Both the position numbers and the translations under genes were made by a program. From contig OX442314.1 in assembly GCA_949358305.1 (NCBI GenBank), positions 15,252,001 to 15,316,000 on the forward strand: a stretch of DNA of 64,000 nucleotides, read 5' to 3'. The stretch comes from Strigamia acuminata. Lineage: Eukaryota. Shown here piece by piece: positions 27,198-37,948 of this stretch. The notes under the pieces are model-generated. The model was not told where the DNA came from. It searched no databases and worked only from the letters and a program-made list of their open reading frames with translations. The first letter of the stretch is position 1; each line of letters opens with the position of its first letter.

Positions 27198-27689
27198 GGG
27201 AGAGGCCGGTGATAACGATGACGACGAGCACAAACACGCAACTCCTCACTTCGCTACTATCATCTCACCACACGAGCAACCACGCAAAAATACAGTCGCG
27301 GGCTAGCCCACAAGGAAAGCAAAGCTCGAGCATGCGCTCTGCGCTCGCGATGACGACATCATCGCCAGAACGCAAGCTGTTGCGGATCCTTGCCCAGGGG
27401 CGTCGAAACCTTACGGACGAGTTACTAATAAAAATATTTTCAAAATTACACAACATTTTTATTTTTCTAATTTTTCATTTTTTTTTTTGTGTTTTATATT
27501 TTTCACATACGGGAATGTAAACCATTCGACTTTCTCCTCACTCGGTGATTCAATCTTACGTTCGGTTATTGGATAGGAAAAATATAATTCACGCTTTTAT
27601 CTTTAATCGAATGTCGTGTTTATCAGATCGATAAAAATGTGAAGACAGTTGAGAGTATGATTAAAGGAACGAAAGAAAAAAAATTATTG

Positions 27690-27830
27690 CAGCAAATATG
27701 TTGCGCAGTTCAGCGTGACCCTGGCACTGCTGCGCAACATGACGTCATTCCCGTTACGTCACAATAGGAGCAGAGCTAAAGGCGGGAATGGAATAAAGGT
27801 GTGCGACCATGCATATTTTCGAGCGAAACA
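27690..27830 (-). promoter_or_regulatory. Probable IRF2BP proximal promoter
   Basis: GC-rich patch about 550 bp upstream of the ATG with TGACGTCA 27740-27747, TTACGTCA 27754 and GGCGGGAA 27781. Confidence 0.5.
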
Positions 27831-30800
27831 GTCGAAAGAAAATCATCGCTTTATTTCACGAATTCAATGCAAATAAACAACAAAAGAGAATAAAATTCTT
27901 TCTTTCCCAACAACAATATTTTATCCCCATCCCCCAGCGAAAAAAATATATATATATATTTCCATTTTAAAATAAAAAAAAAAACACATCTATGGTATGT
28001 AATTTAATTTTTTCGCAAAAAATGAAATAATGAAAGCGAAATTGGCCAAAACCCACGCTTTGTCTCGCGACACGCCTGCAGCAACTTGCCTCTACGGCGT
28101 CACGGAAGTGACCTACATCATCCCTTCACACCCCGCCTTTTGCCTCGACGCCTCGACTCAAGTCAGCTTGGCGGCTACAACTTATTCCCCAGCTGTCTTT
28201 ACACCCTCAAGCTAATCAATTTCAAAACTTCAAAAGAAAAGAAAAAGAAATTCAGGACAAAGCTCAACCGCTAAAACAAACAACGAACAAAAAAAAAATC
28301 CCAACAAATAAAACGAAATACAAATTTAATTCTCCAAACCCAAAACAGCGCAAACTTGCAAATCCTTTCCTTCAAAATGTGCAAATTTCTGTTTTTTCTC
28401 TCTCATTGGGGTGTTTCCTCCCAGACAAGCACACATAAAGACTGGTCAAACCGGCCCTGCCACTGCCACACCCCCATCCCTAATCAAGAGGCCCCTTGGA
28501 AATTCGAGGAATGTGACCCACCATTGCCAGTGGCCAAGTCATTTTCATCATCAAGGATTTAGGGAGCGAGAAATAGGAGAAAAACAAGGGTCATCTTGTA
28601 AACTCATCACGCATTCCCAATCGACAATCTAAGGAATTCAATCTTCCTTTCCTAAACATGCCCGAATCAAATCCAACAGCCAATAATGCCACCCAGGCTT
28701 CGCGAACCCCTTTCCGCGCTCGACCTCGAGGGGGAAAAAACGTCGGACATGAAATCAACAGGTGTCCAACTGCTAAACAGCCCAAATCCATCTGCCAACT
28801 TGTGTAGAGAGACCGCGATAACCTTGGCCACTTTTTATTTCGGCAGGTGAGACGACGCGTGACGGAGTAAGAAGCACGCCACATGCAAACGCGCATGCGT
28901 GCTCACGCCTATTAAGTGTTACACACGGACGACTCGAGGGAGGTGGAGAGGACGCAAACGCGGCTCCAATTCCTCATTGATAGCAAGCGCACGTCTGCTT
29001 CCGCCTCCCTCCTCGCCACACTTCTTTTCCCCTCATCTCCCGTCTTTCCATCCCAACAGGAAACGGGGTGTTTCTCATCACCAACAAGTCGTTGCTTGGC
29101 AACTGCGCACGTTAACGAACAAATATGGCGTGCTAATCTCTTTGTTGACAAATTTTGCAAGTTCACAGACCTGTTTTATCCCAATTCAAAGCTAATTTAA
29201 TCCGACTGCCAAAAATAAATGTTGTTTTTATCACCTACACAGCATTTCTGGCCAAAATGTTTCCACGTTTTCTTCGGTCTTGTGAAAGCAAACAAACAAG
29301 CAATTTTATTTTCTATATCGTATGTTTTTTTTAAATTTTTTCCTGAAATAAATAAATGCCAAAGAGATAAAATAAAAATACAGAGTAGCGAGTCAATAAA
29401 TGTAATTGAATTCGAAAACACGAAAATGTATTACAAATTAGATATTGGAGCCGTCTATTGATTTGAAACTGATAACCATTGAGATAAAAGGAAATTCGAA
29501 CACACCGAATCCATGACAACTGTACTCAAACCCAAATAAATGTAAATTAAAAAAAAATATAAAAATATTTCCATTAAACCTTCAGAAGAACAAAAACAAC
29601 ATACAAAAGATAAATTTTCCAGTTGTCAAGAAAAACATTTCTAATTCCTCCCACCCAGAAAAGAACCAGCTGTATAATTGATTTAAGTCGTCCCCGTCCC
29701 CCCCCCCCCCCGTGTTTCGATTATCTGACAAAAAATAAAACAAACTAGCGATGTAGGAACAAGTGTACACATTGCAACCTCACAAAGAAACAAGAAAGAA
29801 AAATTGGCAATCCATTTGTGCACAAAATTGCATTTCGACCTTTAAAACACGATTCCAAAAAACGATCACCAGATTCATGTTTTAAAAATCGACTTTTTAA
29901 AATTTTTTAAAAATCAATATCGATTCAAATGACGTCGAACAATTGCTACAAATCAAGCGGAAAAAGTGCTAGCACAACTGATCCACAGGAGTGAATGGAA
30001 TAAACCCAACAAACCAATCAAGCAAAACCCCCTACTCGGCACCTCTCTTTATGAATCTTTTATTCCCTCACAAATCACAATGGGTGTGAATGAAAACCCA
30101 AGATAAACCCACGGATCAGCCAGTAATTGGATGGAGAATCCAATTCCCTTCTTTCATGTCACATTCCGGGCCACCACGGGTGTGATTTATAACACCTTTC
30201 CAATTGCTCCCCTTACCCTGGATGCGCTTCTGCGCATGGGCTTCGCGGCATATGGCCATTCGCTATCATTCAGACTTTTCAAAATACAGCCTCGTCACGC
30301 CATCTTTAGCATCAATGTTTAGAGTGACGTGAATTGAGCGTTGCCAAGCAACGGCTGTCCTATCGACCCGCACGCGCAGCTGCAGCTGCAGATTTGTGCG
30401 ATGTGATGCGCGGACAAAGCACCCACAATTCCAATTGGTTGCCGTGACCCTCCACTGAGGCTACAGTACCCTATTGAAAATAGAGAGTGGATGGAGAAGG
30501 AGAGGGAATGAGCACCAGCTTCTCTAGCATATGACGTCACAACATGATTCACTCAATGGGCATTGCGGCGAAGTTCCTAGCATTCTCAGTCGTTGCTAAG
30601 CAACACTACATCCTCATCATCCACGTATCTTTGTAATAGACTCGTTTTATTTGCTTCACTCACCAAACATTATATTTTCTTCTTCTTTTTTTCGTATATT
30701 TTATTCTTTGAGTTTGTTAAACAAACACATTAGCAAGACTAGTTTTAAATTTTAACGTTTCGCGTATCTTCGAATTAAAATTCTATAAAGCAAATAAATT

Positions 30801-33800
30801 ATAGACAAACACCTTCTGTATCGACCTCGTAGAAAAGAAATCCTTTTGTAATGTGTCAGTTGTCAAGAAATGCAATTTTAATTCCTCCCGCACAGAAAGG
30901 AACTAGTTGTAAAATTGATTTTGTTGTGTTGTTTTTTTTTCCCCCGTTAACTTTTACGCTACAATTTTTTTGTTTTGTTTCGATTATCTGCCAAAAGCGA
31001 AGTAAAGCACAGATGTTGGAGTATCTACATTACCGCATTGGAAAGAAACAGGAATGAAAGCATTTATAAATATTAAATATTATTAATCCTTGGAATACCG
31101 AGCAAAACCAAACCGAATTTGAAACTCAAACAAAAGCTCTTCAGTGCAGACTTTTCGGAAATTTAATTTTTGGTTTGCTCCATAATATATAACCTTTTAG
31201 TTATAAAGTATAAGCCACAAATAAAAGAAAAACACTTCTCGAAATCAAATTATAGTCCAGCCCCAAGAAAAATATCAACACCACTCTCTTCCACGTACAA
31301 AAAGTCAGCTCGAGTGTTTCAGTTTTGTTGCCAACAGTTATTGTTGCCAAGCTTGTTGTGAAAACCGAAAATAAAACCAAAAAGTGACTCTTGCCTGTAT
31401 CCAATCCAGCTCGTGCCAATTACACTTCACCTTTTTTCCCTCATTCATTTAACACCAAAATGAAAAAAAAACCAAATAATTTACTAAATCAGTCACCAGA
31501 GTGTAGACACACTGCAAAACACCCTAAATCATTGGATTAACCTGCTAATCCTGGAAGGATGTGTTAGCGGAAGAGCTCACACAGCAACCTAACCAAAAGC
31601 CATAAAGTATACAGTACAGGACAACCGTCGCACCGCATTAAAGGAAGCCAATAAATATGATAAAGAGGCTCTGGTGGTGACATTTCTGAGTCATTTCGCT
31701 CCATCCATCTGGCTATTAAAAAACAAACCGCTCACTTCGTCCCTCTATTTCAATCACACACTCAAATGTCAAAGACGAAAGTTGCACAAACCCAACACAC
31801 ACGATTCGCGTCATCGTAATGACCATGGATGTCTCATCTAGATAATATGCAGAAATTTAGCGTCCATAGAAATTTAAATAACAACACAAAAATGTGAAAT
31901 TTAATTCTTTGTATCATTACTGTTGGTTGTAAACTCAATCTTCCACTTTTCCAACCTCGTATTCAGAGTGACAAATGTCTCGGGATGTAACGAGTCTTTC
32001 ACTATTCCCGACCACACGTTCTCTACTCCATTGCTCCGTCAACAATTTCCCTGCAGCTCTGACAAGAGGAATGGTGCCAGAAGACTCAGCGGGACGCCGT
32101 TGGCATGCAAGAGCACGCGCACAACCGCGAGCGGATTTGGTGGGAGGATCCTGAAACCGACGTTGTCCTGCATAGGAATGACAGCGTTTAGCTGTTAAAA
32201 TGGCATTTACGCATGCCCACCACGTGTTCTTGCCCCCTGAATAAAATAAAACGGAATTCACCAAACGCGACTTTGCCCTACTGTCGTTGCACCCTGGTCC
32301 CGACCACATTGGACGCGCATTCACCTTGTCCGAGGTGTAACGCGCCAAAAAATCCCTCCTAAAGAGGACAGGACGCGAATTAATCGGAATTATTTAGAAT
32401 TATTTATCTCAATTTTGCAGAGAAATTCCAAAAAAATTATTTAAATCTGTCGCGAAAAAAGCGAGAGCCCTTTATCAAGCGTTCAATTTCGTTTTTAAAA
32501 TTCTCCACTCGATCATATTTTTCTTGAATCGTGGGCGGGAAGAAAAGAAACCCTTCGGGCGTCGGCCGGGCGGACGCTGACTGTTCGGTATTCATGGCGC
32601 GAGTCAGCGGGTTGGCGACTAATGAAAACGCAACTTCTTTGCCGCCATCAGCTCTGTTCATGTGAAGAATGGTAATTTTTACGCTGCGTGCCACCAGAAA
32701 TTATTACCTTTTTTACAGATGCCCCACTCTCTTCCCCTGCATTCAAAAAGAGGAATCTCGCCATATCGTGCCCACCTAACCAAATAACGCCCCGCATACA
32801 AAACGCCCAATTTCAAGTTAAAGCCCTTCTCTTTTCATCCTCCAACAGAAGCTTGCTTAAAACACCCATCCACGCACCTATCTCGCAGCCGCACCTGTTC
32901 AGTGCCGTGACATTTTTTCCCTTTAAATATAAATTTTAATAACTGCGTTCAATGTGCCGCACTTTCAAAAATTGTCAAGGTAAACTTGAGATGTCAGCAC
33001 TTTTCGACAAATCTGATATCGCGCTTGACATTACCATGGAAAGATTGACAGATTGAGAGCTTTTTCTTCAATTCAGCACAAGGCGCTCCCGATTTTACTG
33101 CGCTATAAAAACTCTTTGCTTTAGTGTGTAAACTGCCGACTTTAAACTTAAGTTTGAGCAAAGGTATCGTAATGTGCTGGCAAATCCCCAGTCGTTACCC
33201 CCCAAACCAGTAATGGAATCGTGAACCGGCAAACTGTTCAATTCTACATGTTTTTAAACTCATTTGTCTTCATTCCAAATTAATTGAAAAACAAATAACA
33301 ATTTATCCTTATGACAACACGTTGCTAATCGAAAACAAAAACAATCGAACAAAATTTAAACTTTTTCTTACCTTTTGGATGACTAATCTGGAGGAATTAT
33401 CCTACATATACGATGTCAGTTGTCAATAATACCCTAAAACAAAGAAAAAACGATCTAATTATTTCAGTTCTGTACTATTTCTTATTCGCTTTAGTATCAA
33501 TCCAAAAGGGTATAAACTCGAGTTTGTTTATCAGTTTCCACTCCCAAACTTTTCCATCATATTGTCCACAACACCTTTCTCCTTATTTTAACGAGTCCCA
33601 TCTGTTTTGTAAGCATCTCAACAGAAGTCAATAGGTCTTAAAGGATAAAGTAGTTTTCTTTTTTTGTATATATTTTTTTCTTCTTCTCCATGGTAGTCAC
33701 GCAATTCCTAAGCAACCGGCATCGGAGGCTGTAGTTCTCGAGAGCGGCCGACAACGAGTGCAACGTGCACGGAATAACCAAAAACGTTACGTGATCATTG

Positions 33801-35528
33801 TTACATTAAATGAAAATCTCAATATAATTCATATTTCATTTTTCCTAATTCCACAGCGCACGAAAGCCCCGAACAAAACAAAATGCATTAAATTAATTAA
33901 TAATAAATAGTAATAAATCTCTAATATAGATTTACATGTAAACCATTGGAATTTATTTGTGTCACATTCAATTTCCAGTTAGATCACTAAGAGGGACATT
34001 TCCCTGACATTCAGCAAGAGATCTCAAATTATTCCCACGCCCTACACAGCTCCTAAGCCAAGCAAGAAGACTGAGAAACTGCACAGTGCAGTTGTAATGC
34101 AAGGTGGTTTGCTTTTCTGAGAGGAGGGGGTCGTCAGATGAGTTTTTGCCCCAGCCTTTTAGGTGGCGGTGGGGACGAAAATATAAACTGGCTGAACTGA
34201 CAACCGAGAAACTTTTCCCAGGACTCGAGAGTGGAATGTGGGTCTTAAGTCCATAGGCGAGGGACAAGAAATGTTCAATATTCGACCCATCTAAACATGA
34301 CACAAAGCAGAGACAGACAGACAGAAAAAGGTGATAACCTTAACCAAAACCTTTTACCATTTTTTTTCTTCCTTTTTTTTTAGAGGGGGTTGGGGGGGGG
34401 GGGGTTTACCTAAATTGAACTTTTTATTGCTCATGAAACTGTTGTGGTGCACTTTATCAATTTTGAATGCGTGTGAAAACTGGCTAATTTCTTATTTTTA
34501 TATTCAACAAACGTAGAATAAAAATGAGCATAATAAAGAATTTTTTTTTAAAAAAATAAAAAGAAAATTTTTTTCGTGTATTTTATTTAATTTTCATTTT
34601 TTTATCGTAAATTTCTCGGGGAAAAACTCAAGAATTTGCATCCAATTTGTACCTTTCGAATTTTTATTTTTATTTTTATTTAGTTTTTAAAATTTTTATT
34701 TTTATTTCTATTTTTTTATTATTTTTTTTTCGGTTTGAAATTCATTATTTCAAATTTAAATATTAAACCAAAAAAAAAAAACTTAATAGTTCTTTTCTGC
34801 ATTTAGTGAATGGCGTCGGTTTGCCGCACAAAGTTTAGTCATGGATATAAGTTATTAAAGCGTCTTGGATTACGTGCCCGGTCGGCCCAAGCATAATAAC
34901 TGAAAAGATCCTTTCATTTAATATGCTTAAAGCGTATGAAACTCCTTCATTGACAATTCAGCGACTCAGCTGATGTTAGCATTAAAAAGATATCGGGCAA
35001 CGAATTTAGGGCACTCAACGAATACAAAATAAGATGCATAAACCAAGCATCTCATATTACACAACACTTTCAAGTGAATATATCACCATAACATCTTCGA
35101 AGAAAATGATATTTTATGGAATGCATAAAAAGTTGAATGTGCCAGTTGAAAATGTTGTTATTATGGTGTTTAATTATTTAAAAATGCCGCCATTTATATT
35201 AAACTTCGTAAAATCAACACTAGGTTTCAGCTGTGTCTAGCGTGTATTGATTACTGGCAAAGACCTTGCATCTAAAAGTTGTTTCAAAACTTTCTTGAAT
35301 TGTAGTTCACATGAAATAATTCAATTTATATTTCAAAATGTTTGATAATTATTTTTTATTTGATTTTCTAGTGGTTTTCTCATTAAGTGAGTACTAACAA
35401 ATAAGCATGACGATTATATGGACATGTTTTATAATACCCTTCTAAATTTTTAAAAATACGTTTAAAAAGGTTGAAATCAAACTATTTGGAACGGACATAT
35501 TTCATACAAAAAACTAAAACGAACAGTG

Positions 35529-35625
35529 ACTTACCAAATAGGTTGATTGTGGTCTAATTCAAACTCGAGCCACGGTAAACGCCATCTTTAATTTGCGACT
35601 GCAGCGCCATTCATTGCCGCCCTAC
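35529..35625 (-). other. Putative non-coding first exon divergent from TIM9
   Basis: Minus-strand AAGATGGCG-containing GC patch ending in consensus donor TTG|GTAAGT (intron starts 35534). The ATG frames close before the donor. Confidence 0.45.
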
Positions 35626-35866
35626 AGTTTCTGAACTCATTTATTTTTATTTTAAAATCTATTTTAAACAAATTATATTTTATTGATTATTGAGTGTTTA
35701 AATGAAAAAAGTTTAACTTTAAAGTGCCAAAATATTATATTTCGATTTAAATATTAACACTATACGACGCTACTAAACCTGGATATATTTCACTGCACAT
35801 GGTCGGCGTGCTCGTGAACTGTATTTTCGCATCTGAAATTCGAATTGCTAGTAATACTTCCAAATT

Positions 35867-36261
35867 ATGGCTACTACCGGAATAGATCCGAACAAACTGC
35901 AAGCAGAACAAATAAAACAAGTAATATGCTCTCTGAATTTGAAAAAAATTCTATAATCACTAATCACTGATCTTTTTTACAGTTCAAAGACTTTCTAATG
36001 TCTTACAACAAATTATCCGAACTCTGTTTCAACAACTGTGTTCATGATTTCACAGTTCATCACGTTAGGAACAAAGAAGTAGATATGCGCATATAAAATG
36101 AAAAACAGTTTTAACTTGATTTTTGTATTAAGGATACCTGTGCAATGAACTGCATGGAAAAATATTTGAAAATGAATCAAAGGATATCTCAGCGCTTTCA
36201 AGATTTCCAAACACAGCAAAACGAAGCTATGGTCGCAGCTACTCAAAAGGCCATATCTTAG
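35867..36261 (+). CDS. TIMM9: Mitochondrial import small Tim chaperone Tim9
   Basis: Not in the ORF track. Three exons give [76 protein letters not shown]..., with twin CX3C. Confidence 0.95.
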
Positions 36262-36495
36262 TCATAATAATAATCGATTAATTAACAAAAAGTAATTTTT
36301 TTTTTATTAAAAATTTATTTTACATTGTGCAAATATGTAGAAAAAGAAGTAAATGTTTCAATTTCAATCTGTACTTGCATATAAAGCAACGTTTTTGAAA
36401 GACAAAAAGTTCAAAACTGGAAGTTTATTTTTATTTTTTACAGTTAAATATATGTAATCCTGAGATTTTAATTGAGAGCAAATGAATGCTTTCCA

Positions 36496-37725
36496 TTAGC
36501 ATCCACATACACTTCGTGTCTTTTTACTGTCAGTAGTGTCTTGTTGCAGTTGAAATGTGTCTTTTCTTCGCAGTTGTGGCCTAGGAACTTCGAGAAATAC
36601 AAGTTTCTTCACTAGAAAGTGCATCGCTTCACCTAAAACTTGCAAATAATTACACGTCCTCAGAAAATTCAACAAAGTGCACTTACTTATATTAACATCG
36701 TCCTTAGCAGATGTCACATACCAACCTAAAATATTATGTTGTATGCAAAATTGGCTTATAATAGACATGTCGATACGAATACCAGGAATATCACACTAGA
36801 ATTTTATAATTTTGAATTAATATAATGGAATGTGGATTGAAATAAAAGAACTGTACTTTATTGGCTAATAAAAGAACAGGAACGGGCTCTCCACTTTGCA
36901 ACGAAACTTTCTCCCTTATGTCTGAATACCACTTTAAAAAATAATTTAGTTTTAGGAAAGTTAATTTTACTACTGATCGTAATACCTTCATCACAGAATC
37001 AAAGGTTGCTGGTCTGGAATGTGAAAATATGTTAGAAAAACATTTAGTCAACAATTTATTAATCACCTTGATAGATCAAATACAATAACAGCTGCTGCCC
37101 TATAATAGAAAATCGATTACTCACTCCAAAAATATGTTATAATAGCACCGCTTACGCATATTTGTAATAAACCCTGGTCATGTAACCAAACCTTTCGTGC
37201 CCCGCAATATCCCTGAAATATAGAAATTAGTAAAATTTATAATTATCTTTTTTACTAAAAAAAAAAGTTATTTATTAACCATAATTGTAGATTTATTTGA
37301 GTTTTGTCCGTCCATTTCAGAGATTTTATAGCAAAATCAACTCCAATTGTGAGTTTGTAATAAGGCGAAAATTTACCTGTAAGAAAAATAAAACATTATC
37401 CTTTTGTATAGCCTATATACGTAACAAACTTTTTATTCGTTTACCTTGGGTAAATCTTCTTATTATGGCAGTTTTACCTAATGAATAAAAAGTATTAAAG
37501 TAATTGAATTCACTCTCAATCTCAACACCTCTAACACTCTTATCGAGATTTGAAATCTCAAAAAAGTCAATAACTTTAAACTTATACGCTACTCACGTCA
37601 CGACACTTGTAAAATGAAAATCTGTTCTCACCTACACCAAAGTCTCCAATAATTAAAAACTTGTAAAGAAGTTCTTTTATAAAAGTCCTGTTAAAAGCAT
37701 CGACAACAGGTACTTCGTTATCCAT
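36496..37725 (-). CDS. Rab32/38/29-family small GTPase, His-variant subgroup, 9 coding exons
   Basis: LYKFLIIGDFGVGKT, YKLTIGVDFAIK, WDIAGHERFGYMTRVYYKYA, LLANKCD, TSAKDD and C-terminal CXC (VCGC), assembled through GT-AG introns. Confidence 0.9.
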
Positions 37726-37770
37726 GCCCGCGATGCATTCTACCTGTGAAACTTCACCTGTGCTATGCAG

Positions 37771-37780
37771 GTCACGTGAT
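37771..37780. promoter_or_regulatory. CLEAR/M-box-like element upstream of the Rab gene
   Basis: GTCACGTGAT about 46 bp upstream of the ATG (MiT/TFE or USF-type site). Confidence 0.4.
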
Positions 37781-37948
37781 AAGTTCAGAGCACCGAGGGG
37801 GAGTTGCTAAAGGTAAACAATTATCATCCTGCAATGCTCAAACTCACATTTTCGAGGTCAGAAAATGTAACCAAAACATTTTAGTTTTAAAAAATGTTTT
37901 TAATAACTTATTTAAATATTTACAAGACAACAATAAAAAATTAATGAA

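Noticed and set aside
26570..27520. Several 80-200 aa overlapping ORFs at IRF2BP exon 1
   Set aside because: Alternative-frame or antisense products of GC-rich coding sequence.
29698..34404. C14 run (29698-29711) and G5-TT-G13 run (34385-34404) as G-quadruplex elements
   Set aside because: Simple homopolymers with no further support.
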